The position numbers and the translations under genes were made by a program. From Kiritimatiellia bacterium (GTDB lineage Bacteria > Verrucomicrobiota > Kiritimatiellia > RFP12 > UBA1067): a stretch of DNA of 64,000 nucleotides. The stretch is taken from assembly GCA_017514235.1 (NCBI GenBank), contig JAFWKK010000042.1, positions 73,483 to 137,482 of the forward strand, in the 5' to 3' direction. Every line of letters starts with the position of its first letter. Within the stretch, counting starts at the first letter, position 1. Shown one piece after another: positions 46,536-56,764 of the stretch. The notes beneath the pieces were generated by a model. It searched no databases. It was given only the letters and a program-made list of their open reading frames with translations, and had not been told where the DNA came from.

Positions 46536-47239
46536 CAATTGCAATTATAATTGCAGGGGGAGTAGGTTCGCGCATGGGTGCGGATGTGCCGAAGCAGTTT
46601 GTGCAGGTGAACGGAAAACCGGTATTGTTCTATACATTGGAGGCATTTGAGCGACATCCGATGGTTGATGCAATTGAACTCGTATGCATTGATGGTTGGC
46701 AAGACACGGTGTGGGCGTATGCTCGAGAGTATGACATTTCGAAGTTAAAATGGATTGTAAAGGGTGGAGCGAGTGGTCAGGAGTCTATACGGAACGGTGT
46801 GTTTGGTCTTGAGGGCAAATGTGCTTCAGATGACATCGTGATTGTTCATGATGGGATTCGTCCTTTGGTTGATTCGGCGGTTCTCGATGATGTGATTCGG
46901 AAAGCAAGGCAGTTTGGGAATGGCGTTACATCAATGCCATACAATGAGCAGATATTCCTTGTGGATGCGGAGCGGCCTGATACGACGGTGAAGTACATAC
47001 CACGAGAGACATTACGTCGTGTTGCCACTCCGCAGGCCTTTCGGTTTGGATTGCTGGATGAAAAATACCATGAGGCATTCGAGAAGAAGATTGGAATATA
47101 CGGCTCGTCCTATACGAACACGATGATGGCGGAACTGGGGGTGCGATTGTATTTCGCGGCGGGTTCGGATCGAAATATTAAACTGACAACGCCAGGAGAC
47201 ATTGAGATATTCAAGGCGATGATTCAAGGGAACGGTTGA
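46532..47239 (+). CDS. IspD/TarI-family cytidylyltransferase (likely CDP-ribitol/alditol-phosphate cytidylyltransferase)
   Basis: IIAGGVGSRMGADVPKQF nucleotidyltransferase motif; ATGA overlap with the upstream stop. Confidence 0.7.
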   Translation: MTIAIIIAGGVGSRMGADVPKQFVQVNGKPVLFYTLEAFERHPMVDAIELVCIDGWQDTVWAYAREYDISKLKWIVKGGASGQESIRNGVFGLEGKCASDDIVIVHDGIRPLVDSAVLDDVIRKARQFGNGVTSMPYNEQIFLVDAERPDTTVKYIPRETLRRVATPQAFRFGLLDEKYHEAFEKKIGIYGSSYTNTMMAELGVRLYFAAGSDRNIKLTTPGDIEIFKAMIQGNG

Positions 47240-47275
47240 GCAATTGAATTATACTGAGCATACGGAAGCGAAAAC

Positions 47276-48343
47276 ATGAAGAGACTGTTGGAGATATCTG
47301 AATATGTTGAGGATGTGAAGCGTGTCGCATCTTTCGATTTGCCGTGGGAGAAACTACGTGATAAGACAATTCTCATAACGGGTGGCACGGGTCTTATCGG
47401 AAGCTTTTTGGTCGATGTGTTAAATGCTGCAAGACTTGATTGCAAGGTATTGTTATTTGGTCGGTCAGAAGAAAGGGCGAAAACTCGTTTCGCTGAATAC
47501 TGGGATAAGGGGTGGATTCATTTTGTGAAGTGGGATTCGAGTGAGGGGTTTGAGAGGTTTGACGAGTTTGAAGAGTTTGAGAAGTTCGATTATATGTTGC
47601 ACCTTGCCAGCAATACACATCCAGTGGCGTACGCAACGGATCCGATTGGCACGATAACGACGAATGTTATTGCGCTCAATAATCTGCTGGCGTTGGCGGC
47701 GGAGAAGTGTGCGACGAGGTTCTTGTTCGCATCTTCAAATGAAATTTACGGAGAGAATCGGGGGGATGTGGAGCTGTTTGATGAGAAGTACTGTGGTTAC
47801 ATAGATTGCAACACGTTGCGGGCAGGGTATCCAGAGTCAAAGCGTTGTGGCGAAGCATTATGTCAGGCGTACATAAGGCAAAAGAACTTGGATTGCGTCA
47901 TTGCGCGTTTGACTCGCACTTATGGACCAACGATTCTGTCGACTGACACCAAGGCCATTAGCCAGTTCTTCAACAACGCACTCAAAGACGAAGACATTGT
48001 CTTGAAGAGCGAAGGGAAGCAATATTATTCTTATCAATATGTTGTAGATTCGGTGTCGGGCCTCATGACTGTGTTGCTTAAGGGTGACTGCGGTGCTGCG
48101 TACAATATCGCCGATGAATCCAGCGACATTACGCTTCGCGATCTTGCCGCGTTGATCGCCAAGCAAGCTGGGCGCAAGGTTGTGTTTGATCTGCCTGATG
48201 CGGTTGAAGCTGCAGGTTTCAGCAAGGCTACAAAGGCTAGGCTGGATGGTGCTCGGTTGCGTGCGCTTGGCTGGTTGCCATCATATGACATTAAAAGCGG
48301 TGTGATGCGAAATTATTGTGTGCTTAAGAAATCTCGGGCATGA
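47276..48343 (+). CDS. NAD-dependent epimerase/dehydratase (extended SDR)
   Basis: ILITGGTGLIGSFLV Rossmann motif and a YxxxK region; about 355 aa. Confidence 0.75.
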   Translation: MKRLLEISEYVEDVKRVASFDLPWEKLRDKTILITGGTGLIGSFLVDVLNAARLDCKVLLFGRSEERAKTRFAEYWDKGWIHFVKWDSSEGFERFDEFEEFEKFDYMLHLASNTHPVAYATDPIGTITTNVIALNNLLALAAEKCATRFLFASSNEIYGENRGDVELFDEKYCGYIDCNTLRAGYPESKRCGEALCQAYIRQKNLDCVIARLTRTYGPTILSTDTKAISQFFNNALKDEDIVLKSEGKQYYSYQYVVDSVSGLMTVLLKGDCGAAYNIADESSDITLRDLAALIAKQAGRKVVFDLPDAVEAAGFSKATKARLDGARLRALGWLPSYDIKSGVMRNYCVLKKSRA

Positions 48344-49071
48344 AAGAGTATAATTTGCGACCGCTCTGGGACGAATTGTTGAAGGTCTACAAGGTCTTTG
48401 CTGCCATATGCGACAAGCATCATTTGCGGTATTATGCTTGTGGCGGCACTGCGCTGGGGGCGGTGCGGCACAAGGGGTTTATCCCATGGGACGATGATGT
48501 CGACATGTTTATGCCGCGTTGTGACTATGCAAGGTTTGTTGAGATTGTGCAGGCGGAATTGCCGGAAGGTTTTTCTTGGCAGTCGATTGAGAATGATCCA
48601 GACTACAAGTTGCCATTTGGAAAGGTTTGGAATAACGATAAGATTATGGTGAATGAAGTCCGACGGGAATCCAATCTATTGCTTGAGCAAGGTGTTTATA
48701 TTGATATTCTTCCTTTGGATGGGATTCCAAAGGATCGCTTCCGTCTTTTTTTATGGCTTGCATGGCGCTCAATTTGGCGCCATCTGCCTCGTTTCTTAAC
48801 TGACAATCAAGGAGCGAGACTCAGACATCAGCGTTTTCGGTCAGCCATTGACTTTGATAGCGCGGAGCGGGTAGAAGACTCCAAGGAGAGTGCAGAAAGG
48901 TTAAAGAGAACCGCATGGACGGCCAAGACATTTGGCGAGCCGGTCTGGATGGAATTTGATTCTGTCAAGGTGCCTTTGCCACACGACTGGGATGAATACC
49001 TGCGCGGTATGATAGGTTCAGACTACATGACGCCGCCGCCGCCGGAAAAGCGCGTGCCAGGGCATCGGTAG
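48340..49071 (+). CDS. LicD-family phosphotransferase (phosphocholine/ribitol-phosphate transferase type)
   Basis: YYACGGTALGAVRHKGFIPWDDDVDMFMPR contains the LicD DxD signature. Confidence 0.75.
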   Translation: MKEYNLRPLWDELLKVYKVFAAICDKHHLRYYACGGTALGAVRHKGFIPWDDDVDMFMPRCDYARFVEIVQAELPEGFSWQSIENDPDYKLPFGKVWNNDKIMVNEVRRESNLLLEQGVYIDILPLDGIPKDRFRLFLWLAWRSIWRHLPRFLTDNQGARLRHQRFRSAIDFDSAERVEDSKESAERLKRTAWTAKTFGEPVWMEFDSVKVPLPHDWDEYLRGMIGSDYMTPPPPEKRVPGHR

Positions 49072-49093
49072 ATTGTTGTAAGGATGGTTATAA

Positions 49094-50218
49094 ATGAAGC
49101 GATTTGAGTGCCAGATTTTGGTGACCCGACCATATCTTCCGCCGCTTGACGAGTTTAAGAATGGGCTGGAGGAGGTCTGGTCGAATCAATGGCTTACGAA
49201 TAATGGGCCGATGTTGCAAAGGTTCCAGAAGGAATTGTCGCGGTATCTTGGCGTTCCGGAGACGAATATTGCGTTATTCAACAACGGAACGCTTGCGTTG
49301 GAATTAGGATATTACGTGATGGGTCTTGCTGGCGGTGAAGTCATCACTACGCCGTTTACCTTTGTCGCGACGAGCCATGCGCTTATGCGGATTGGCGCGA
49401 GGCCGGTATTTGCCGATATTGATCCTGAAACGATGTGCCTTGATCCTGCGAAGGCCGAAAAGCTGATAACGCCGCGCACCAAGGCGATTGTGCCCGTGCA
49501 TGTGTACGGGAACGTTTGCGACGTTGAGGGGTTTGAGCGATTGGGAGAGAAGTACGGCGTGAAGATCATTTATGATGCCGCGCATGCGTTTGGGGTGTTT
49601 AGCCGTGTAGAACGTGTAGATCGTGTAGAAAAGAAGAGCATAGGGTTTTGTGGGGACATGAGCATGTTCAGCTTTCATCCCACGAAGTTGTTTCATTCGT
49701 GCGAGGGCGGGTTGTTGGTATTCAAGGACGCGGCGGTTCGGGAAAAGCTTTATGAGCTTCGCAACTTTGCGATTCGAAGTGAAACAGAATGTGTTGACGT
49801 AGGAACGAATGCCAAGATGAATGAGCTTCAGGCGTTGATGGGCATTTGTTGCCTTAGAAAGATGCCTGAATTGCTTGAGTATCGTCAGAAGATTTACGAG
49901 GCATATGAAGAGGTGTTCGCGGATTGCGAAGATGTGAAGCTTGTGCCGCACTCGCAGAACAAGGCGTATGTTCCTGTTTTGTTTAAGAGTTTTGCAATTC
50001 GTGAGCGGGTGTATGCTGAGTTGAAGACGTGCAACGTGTTCTCGCGGCGGTATTTCTATCCGCTCTTGACTGATTTTGCGCCGTATGCGTATGGAAATGG
50101 GAGTTGCCCTATCGCTGAAGACTTGGCTTCCCGAGTGCTGACATTGCCGACATACTACGGATTGCCGCTGGATGATGTGAAGGCGATAGCGGAGAATGTA
50201 AAGGAGATGGTGAAATGA
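49094..50218 (+). CDS. DegT/DnrJ/EryC1/StrS-family sugar aminotransferase (PLP-dependent)
   Basis: full-length match in character; FSFHPTKLF lysine region. Confidence 0.8.
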   Translation: MKRFECQILVTRPYLPPLDEFKNGLEEVWSNQWLTNNGPMLQRFQKELSRYLGVPETNIALFNNGTLALELGYYVMGLAGGEVITTPFTFVATSHALMRIGARPVFADIDPETMCLDPAKAEKLITPRTKAIVPVHVYGNVCDVEGFERLGEKYGVKIIYDAAHAFGVFSRVERVDRVEKKSIGFCGDMSMFSFHPTKLFHSCEGGLLVFKDAAVREKLYELRNFAIRSETECVDVGTNAKMNELQALMGICCLRKMPELLEYRQKIYEAYEEVFADCEDVKLVPHSQNKAYVPVLFKSFAIRERVYAELKTCNVFSRRYFYPLLTDFAPYAYGNGSCPIAEDLASRVLTLPTYYGLPLDDVKAIAENVKEMVK

Positions 50219-51219
50219 ATGTTCTCCTTTCAGCTGTGGGGCGTCGTGCCTACCTCGTTGAGTATTTTAAGGATGTGGTACGGCCTTTGGGCGGGAGAGT
50301 TTATGCGACTAATACGACGCCAGATGCTACGGGTTTCTTGGCGGCGGACGAGTCAAGGATTGTTCCCCCGAGTGCCACGAAAGAGTATGTGGATGTAATG
50401 GTCGCATTGTGTAAAGAGTGGGATGTGCGATTATTGTTTTCGCTTCATGATTGGGATGCGCCTGTGCTTGCAAGGGCTAAAGATCGATTTCTTGCCGTGG
50501 GCACAATTCCTGTGATGGGGTCTCCTGAACTTTTGTCCATATGTCTTGACAAATATATGACTGTTAAGTCAATGGAGAATATAGGCGTTAGATGTCCCAA
50601 GACTGTTCTTTCAATGGAAGCCGCATTGGCGCAGATTCCATTCCCTATGATTGTAAAGCCCCGTTGGGGGCAGGGGTCGCTTGGTCTTTTTAAAGTAGAC
50701 GACCACGATGAATTGGAGTCGGCAGTGATGCTTGCAGAGAAAAGCGCAAGGAATTTCGCGGCAGTGTGTCCGGAAATCGATGTTGCGCAACCTCAGATCG
50801 TGATACAGGAACATGTTTCGGCATCGGAATATGGATGCGACATAGTAAACGATCTTGCGGGTAGATTTCACAACGCATTTATCAAGCGCAAGTTTGCGAT
50901 GCGTTCTGGCGAAACAGACGCGGCAGAGAGTGTGGAATGTCCAGCTATACAAAAAGCAGCCAGACGAATTGCCGAATGGTCGTGCCACCTTGGATGCATG
51001 GATTCGGATTGGTTTGTTCCAAAAGACGGCGATCCGATTTTAATTGAACTTAATCCACGTTTTGGCGGCGGGTATCCTTTTTCACATTGTGCGGGTGTAG
51101 ATGTCCCGTTGGCGTGCATCAACTGGGCTATGGGAAAAGATAATGAGGACTGGTGCAAGAACTTTAGAGTTGGCGTGCGGGCATTCAAAGACATTTCGAT
51201 GTTTGTTAAAACGGATTGA
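50215..51219 (+). CDS. ATP-grasp domain protein
   Basis: pre-ATP-grasp plus ATP-grasp fold indications (MIVKPRWGQGS...ELNPRFGGG). Confidence 0.55.
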   Translation: MNVLLSAVGRRAYLVEYFKDVVRPLGGRVYATNTTPDATGFLAADESRIVPPSATKEYVDVMVALCKEWDVRLLFSLHDWDAPVLARAKDRFLAVGTIPVMGSPELLSICLDKYMTVKSMENIGVRCPKTVLSMEAALAQIPFPMIVKPRWGQGSLGLFKVDDHDELESAVMLAEKSARNFAAVCPEIDVAQPQIVIQEHVSASEYGCDIVNDLAGRFHNAFIKRKFAMRSGETDAAESVECPAIQKAARRIAEWSCHLGCMDSDWFVPKDGDPILIELNPRFGGGYPFSHCAGVDVPLACINWAMGKDNEDWCKNFRVGVRAFKDISMFVKTD

Positions 51220-51268
51220 CATCGTTGTTCATGGGCGGTAGTTAGTTGTCAAGTGAAAAGGAATTATT

Positions 51269-52477
51269 ATGGATAATCCAAAGACTCCGTATTTCTTGGT
51301 GGATGAGGCACGAATAGTTGTCTCAATTCAGAGTATTAGATCTTCTTTGGACAGGTATTGGCCGAATAATGCAATATCGTATAGTGTGAAAACCAATAGC
51401 ATTCCTTGTGTGTTAAAAGTTATTTCTAAATTGGATGTATGGGCAGAAGTCGTATCAGATGCAGAGTATGTATTAGCGCAGGAATGTGGATTTAGTGCCA
51501 GACAATCAATTTGCAATGGTCCGATCAAATCAGATAGCTTTCTCAAAAGTGCGATAGAGAGTGGGGCTCTGATAAATGTTGATTCCGTTGCAGAGGTGAT
51601 AAGGGTAATGCAAATAGCTGCAGGACAGTATGTTAAGTTAGGAGTGAGGTTAAATGCCAATGATGCAATCGATTCTAGTGATATGATGTGTGGAGATGGA
51701 GGTAGTCGGTTCGGTGTGTCGGAAAGAGATGGCGAATTGCGCTGTTTGTTGGATTTGGTGGCTGAGAATAAGAACATTAGTGTTTCAGGCATTCATCTTC
51801 ATTGCAATACTAAGGGACGACGAAAGGAAAATTATGCGCGCTTGGTAGAATACTTCTCCAAGATTGTTCATCAATATGACATTAAAAGTATAGATGTCTT
51901 CGATATCGGTGGCAGTTTCGGTCACGATTTTGACAAGCAAGGCAATATGTTTGGATTATGGCCATCTTGGGATGACTATTTCTCCACAATAGCGAATGAA
52001 CTTTCTAAAAATGGCTTTTCCTCTCGTGCTCTCAAGCTTATTATCGAGCCAGGATCGTCATTGATATCTGATGCTATGGATTATTATACGACTTGCTTGT
52101 CTAGAAAAACTATATTTGGGAAGACGTGGATGCAGATAGATGGGTCAAGAATACATATTGATCCTCATTTTACCCGTAAATCATTTTTAGGCACCATAGA
52201 GTGCATTGCGAATTTGCCTGTGCAAAAAGAAAGAAGTCAGTATTTCTGTTCTGTTCTGTCGGGGAATACATGCCTTGAGAAGGATAGAATTTATGTAGAT
52301 GGCCATCCATTGGAATGCTCTCCTGGAGACAAATTAAGGTTCAAAAGAGTTGGCGCGTATACTTACGGTCTTTCACCTTGCATGTTTATCACTCCGCCGC
52401 CAGAAATATGGTTTATGGCGAAGGTTGGTGAAATGACGAGAGAGAGGATGCCGCAATGGATAGGTAAAATGCATTGA
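51269..52477 (+). CDS. PLP-dependent decarboxylase, fold-type III (Orn/DAP/Arg decarboxylase family)
   Basis: YSVKTNS lysine motif region; two-domain length about 400 aa. Confidence 0.65.
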   Translation: MDNPKTPYFLVDEARIVVSIQSIRSSLDRYWPNNAISYSVKTNSIPCVLKVISKLDVWAEVVSDAEYVLAQECGFSARQSICNGPIKSDSFLKSAIESGALINVDSVAEVIRVMQIAAGQYVKLGVRLNANDAIDSSDMMCGDGGSRFGVSERDGELRCLLDLVAENKNISVSGIHLHCNTKGRRKENYARLVEYFSKIVHQYDIKSIDVFDIGGSFGHDFDKQGNMFGLWPSWDDYFSTIANELSKNGFSSRALKLIIEPGSSLISDAMDYYTTCLSRKTIFGKTWMQIDGSRIHIDPHFTRKSFLGTIECIANLPVQKERSQYFCSVLSGNTCLEKDRIYVDGHPLECSPGDKLRFKRVGAYTYGLSPCMFITPPPEIWFMAKVGEMTRERMPQWIGKMH

Positions 52478-53748
52478 ATAGGAGGACATCTGCACAGTTT
52501 GTGAGTTTGCAGTGCTTCTTGCTCTTTGGTTATGGCGACCATTTTGGAGCGGAGATTTGCGGTATGACGCTTAAAGAAGAGTTTGCTGTTTTACGCGGTA
52601 GTTCCATAGAATCAATTTATTGTGATTCAATTGATATTCCATGCATTGAGACATCGGATGTCGAGAGACTTTGCAAACATCCAGTTGTCTCGGTCCATAT
52701 GATCACCTATAATCATGAGCCATACATCAGGCAGGCGATAGAAGGGGTTATGATGCAGAAGACGGACTTTGAGTTTGAACTTGTCATTGGAGAAGATGCA
52801 TCACAAGATAAGACTCGTGAGATTTGCTTTGAGTATCAGCGCCGATACTCAGGACGGATTCGTGTTCTGTGGTCCGAGGAGAATGTTTTTGCCATAGCCG
52901 GGAATGAAACTCGTGTCACAGCTGCGTGCAGAGGCGAGTATATCGCTTTTTGCGAGGGCGATGATTATTGGACAGATCCTTACAAATTGCAAAAACAAGT
53001 TGCTGTCATGCGAAAGCACCCCAATGTGGGTCTTTGTTTCTGTAATGCTGATGTGAAAAATGAGAAGACCGGAGTTTTTTATCCTTGGAGTTGCGGACTT
53101 GTCTTCCCGCATGGTGAGATTAGCGGATTGAAATTTGCCTTAATGCATATCTTTGGGTCAAATCCTTTGACGGCTGGTAATGATTGTAATACTTTGATGA
53201 CTGCTTCGGTTCTTTTGCGTCGGGAGTTGCTTTTGGAGGCAAAGCGGCGGTTTGAGGTGTTTACATGGAATCTTTTGCTTTCTGATACGACTACATGGTT
53301 GGGCCTTGCATTTCTCTCTGATGTATATTTCCTGCAAGACAAAGTCTCTGTCTATCGTCGAAACGAAGGTGGTCTTACTTGGCATTCGATAGGGCCTGTA
53401 TGTCGTGATGCGATGCTCGTGCGGACTTTCTTTGTCCTAAAGGGGTTGAACCTATCGTTGCGCGATGTCAGTGCAAGTTTTTGCGACAACATCATTCGCA
53501 CCTACTATGCGCAGCAGATTGGGAAATCGAGGAAGGAGTGCCGCCGGAATCTTGATGTGTTGATGTCGTCGGAACATTTTGCGTTTGTTTTCAAGAGGCG
53601 GAGGAGTTTCCCGATTGTTTTTGCGCTAAGGCGGGGATGGGTTTCGGCCGGATGGCTAAATTTCTTTGGACGTCTTTATAATCGTGTTTTCAAAAGTTTT
53701 TCAATTCCCAAGAAGCTGCAAGAAATATGTGAGGGTACCCATGCATGA
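52474..53748 (+). CDS. family 2 glycosyltransferase
   Basis: VSVHMITYNHEPYIRQAIEGVMMQ...GEDASQD GT2 signature; the true start may be downstream of the ORF-track start. Confidence 0.7.
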   Translation: MNRRTSAQFVSLQCFLLFGYGDHFGAEICGMTLKEEFAVLRGSSIESIYCDSIDIPCIETSDVERLCKHPVVSVHMITYNHEPYIRQAIEGVMMQKTDFEFELVIGEDASQDKTREICFEYQRRYSGRIRVLWSEENVFAIAGNETRVTAACRGEYIAFCEGDDYWTDPYKLQKQVAVMRKHPNVGLCFCNADVKNEKTGVFYPWSCGLVFPHGEISGLKFALMHIFGSNPLTAGNDCNTLMTASVLLRRELLLEAKRRFEVFTWNLLLSDTTTWLGLAFLSDVYFLQDKVSVYRRNEGGLTWHSIGPVCRDAMLVRTFFVLKGLNLSLRDVSASFCDNIIRTYYAQQIGKSRKECRRNLDVLMSSEHFAFVFKRRRSFPIVFALRRGWVSAGWLNFFGRLYNRVFKSFSIPKKLQEICEGTHA

Positions 53749-54683
53749 ACGTTGGTAAAGATATTTCTACCAAGTTCGCCAACATGGGGTTTGTGTGCGT
53801 CTGTCTTGTCGTGCTCATGCATGTGCATTGTCCATGGGAAGGCGGCGGAATCAATCAGTTGGCGGTTCCGTTCTTCTTCGCCATGTCAGGCTATTTCCTT
53901 GCCACGCATGTTGATGAAAGGGGATGGTATGCGCGGGCGTTGTCGAAGAGAGTCCGCACATTGCTTGTTCCACTCTTTGCATGGTGTGTGATTTGGATGT
54001 TATTTACAATCCCTATTGCGCTGATACTTAACGTTCGTGCAGGTCGTGACTTGTCTGTCAATATTCTGACTGGATGGGGAATGCTTAGGTATCTGGCATT
54101 GGATGTTACGAGGACTCCTGCGTTGGGTCCTCTTTGGTATGTTCGGTGTCTGCTTTTCTTTGTTATTGTTTCGCCGGCGATTGTTTGGCTGATACGGAGA
54201 AGTGGATTTTTCGTATTGATGGTGCTTGGTTGCGTGTATTATGCCTATTCTGCAATGGGGACGAATTTCTCGTTCTTGTCTTATGGCTTTTCTTTGGAAG
54301 GCGTTTTCTGTTTCTCGGCGGGGTTGTTTCTTAGAATGAAGCAAGTGTCGTTGAATCTCAATCCGATTGTTGGAGTCCCTTTATTTGGTGCAGGCCTTCT
54401 TGCATATTACATAGGATGGACGGAGTTGTCGATTGTACTGATGATTGTAGGACTGTGGGGTTTGATGCCAGCGAGAAGGTTCCCAATGTTTCTTGTCGCC
54501 AATACATTTCCGATTTACCTGATGCATATGTTTGTTTTACTCCTTTTCGGAAATGGGAAAATAGCTTCGCCGTTGTTGGCAATAGGAGTTGGCATAATCG
54601 TAGTAATCGTATCGGTTGTCATGGCGGAGGCAATTCGCAGACTTGCTCCAGGTTTCTCTGTGATTCTATGGGGGGGGCGATAA
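53745..54683 (+). CDS. acyltransferase family 3 membrane O-acyltransferase
   Basis: multi-TM protein with an early conserved His (VLMHVHCP) typical of acyltransferase_3. Confidence 0.6.
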   Translation: MNVGKDISTKFANMGFVCVCLVVLMHVHCPWEGGGINQLAVPFFFAMSGYFLATHVDERGWYARALSKRVRTLLVPLFAWCVIWMLFTIPIALILNVRAGRDLSVNILTGWGMLRYLALDVTRTPALGPLWYVRCLLFFVIVSPAIVWLIRRSGFFVLMVLGCVYYAYSAMGTNFSFLSYGFSLEGVFCFSAGLFLRMKQVSLNLNPIVGVPLFGAGLLAYYIGWTELSIVLMIVGLWGLMPARRFPMFLVANTFPIYLMHMFVLLLFGNGKIASPLLAIGVGIIVVIVSVVMAEAIRRLAPGFSVILWGGR

Positions 54684-54686
54684 ACG

Positions 54687-55148
54687 ATGGAAAAGGGCGA
54701 AAGTTCTATGAAGAAGTTATTCTCACGACAATTTCAGAAGACGAAGGCGATTGCCGACAGTCTGTCGGTCAATGTGCCGAAATTTCGAGGTCTTCGTCAT
54801 CTTGTTTCTACACTTCGGTATTCGATAGATGGTTTCTGCGCTTGTTTTAGAAATGAAATAGCTTTTAGGCAGGAACTTTTGCTTGGAGCATTTACGCTTG
54901 TTGCTGTTATTGTTTTGCCAATTCCGATTCTTGTGCGAATGTACCTGACGGCAATTTGGGTTGTTCTTGTATGCGTTGAATTGATCAATACTGCGATCGA
55001 AGCTATTGTTGATATGATTTCTCCTGATTGGAACGCCACTGCAAAACTCGCAAAAGACCTTGGCAGTGCGGCAGTCTTTAGCATATTGACGCTTTTCATA
55101 GGAAGTTGGGTAGTGGTTGTTATTCAGTTGTTTAGGGAATTGATTTAG
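54687..55148 (+). CDS. dgkA: diacylglycerol kinase (prokaryotic DgkA family)
   Basis: RNE..FRQE...E..NTAIEA..D motifs with three TM helices. Confidence 0.6.
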   Translation: MEKGESSMKKLFSRQFQKTKAIADSLSVNVPKFRGLRHLVSTLRYSIDGFCACFRNEIAFRQELLLGAFTLVAVIVLPIPILVRMYLTAIWVVLVCVELINTAIEAIVDMISPDWNATAKLAKDLGSAAVFSILTLFIGSWVVVVIQLFRELI

Positions 55149-55156
55149 GAATCAAA

Positions 55157-56764
55157 ATGATGAAGCGGATCCCATCTTTCTCCCTTTTTGCTCTTTCGAT
55201 TGTCATCTTCGTGTTGATGACGGCTGATGTGTATTCCCGCTTTGGTGGGATTTCTGCTTTGGGTTGGAAGCAATGTGTCGTTTGGTGGGCGTTCCTTTTA
55301 GCGCCGGCATTTGTCCTTGGGCGCTTCTCGCGGTTTTTCTATGTCCTTGTCCTCTTCTACATTTTTCTTGTCACTGCGGTCAGTATGTACATTAGATGTG
55401 TGTTCTCGATGTCAATTGGTGGCGATTGGCTGTTAATTGTGATGAATTCGAACAAATCGGAAATACTGAATTTCTTGAGTGGGATGATGTGCGTTAGATC
55501 GTTTCTTGTACTAACAGCGGTTCTTTGCTTGCTGCTGGGTGTATGTCTGCTTGCATGGAAGACGCGATATCCGCGTTGTTCTAAATTGTCCTCATCAATT
55601 GCCATTGCACTAATTGTACCTGTCGTTCTATTGGATGTTATCCATGTGCAATGGCGGAATGGCCTTTTTTATATGAATTTTACGAACGTCATTAGACAGA
55701 CTAAGCGCAGTCATGACTCGTTTGCCGGGTTAATACGGGCTGTCAACCATCCAAACCTGCCTGATCAATTGCCGCTGTCGCTAAACGGCGATAATCCACC
55801 GCTTGGGGTGATAATTATAGGCGAATCAGCTACGCGGAATCACTGGAGCCTTTATGGCTATAAAGCACGAGATACGACGCCGTGTTTGAACTCCATCTCA
55901 AACGAGATTTATGTGTTTAAGGATGTAGTTGGGTGTTGGTCTGCAACCGCAGATGCCTGTAGGTATCTTCTGACCGATACGCTAATTGAGGATGAGCGCT
56001 TGGCAAGTTGCACGCTGCCAGATGTTTATCGCCGTGCTGGATATGATTGCGTATTCTACACGATGTCGCCAGAACCTGGAACAGGATATTATGATGTGCT
56101 GGATGCGTTGTTTCGCACCTGCAGCACGAATGTTTATCTGAACACGCGTGATATCTTGCATCCTGTACTAGACGATGCTTTGCTTCAGCATTTTAAACTG
56201 GAGGTAGAGTCGCGGCGCGATGAATCGCATCCGTCCATTCTTTTCTTTCAGCTTGGCGGATGCCATTATCCATATGATCGTTGGTATCCTGCGGACGAGA
56301 ATGTCTTTGGCGCCGGGCCGTCTGACAGTGTGATCCACTATGACAACGCTGTTCGCTTCGACGACAGGATAATCGGAGAAATGATGCAGATTATAAGGCG
56401 TGAGAACCGACCGGTTTTCGTGTTTTATATTTCTGATCATGGAGAGACTCCAGATTCTTTGCATTGGCGTAATTTCCCTGATCGTGATCTTTGGGAGCTT
56501 CCAATGTTTATTTGGTATTCACCGCAGTATGCAAAATGTTATCCGGATATTGTAGCGCAAACGGCGGCGGCGGTGAATCTTCCGTTGCAAAGCGACCAAC
56601 TCTTCTTCGGCCTTGTATCGATGGCACGGGTCGCAAGCACTGACATACCAAGTTATGCGAAAAGCAAAGACTTTCTTTCGCGCGAGTTTAAGATACGTGA
56701 AAAGCGCCTGGTCCTTAAGAAGAAATATGTCTATCGGAAAGATGGAGGAAGAGAGTTAAAATGA
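55157..56764 (+). CDS. phosphoethanolamine transferase (sulfatase superfamily, EptA/EptB-like)
   Basis: N-terminal five-TM region followed by a sulfatase domain (IIGESATRNHWSLYGY, HYDNAVRFDD). Confidence 0.7.
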   Translation: MMKRIPSFSLFALSIVIFVLMTADVYSRFGGISALGWKQCVVWWAFLLAPAFVLGRFSRFFYVLVLFYIFLVTAVSMYIRCVFSMSIGGDWLLIVMNSNKSEILNFLSGMMCVRSFLVLTAVLCLLLGVCLLAWKTRYPRCSKLSSSIAIALIVPVVLLDVIHVQWRNGLFYMNFTNVIRQTKRSHDSFAGLIRAVNHPNLPDQLPLSLNGDNPPLGVIIIGESATRNHWSLYGYKARDTTPCLNSISNEIYVFKDVVGCWSATADACRYLLTDTLIEDERLASCTLPDVYRRAGYDCVFYTMSPEPGTGYYDVLDALFRTCSTNVYLNTRDILHPVLDDALLQHFKLEVESRRDESHPSILFFQLGGCHYPYDRWYPADENVFGAGPSDSVIHYDNAVRFDDRIIGEMMQIIRRENRPVFVFYISDHGETPDSLHWRNFPDRDLWELPMFIWYSPQYAKCYPDIVAQTAAAVNLPLQSDQLFFGLVSMARVASTDIPSYAKSKDFLSREFKIREKRLVLKKKYVYRKDGGRELK

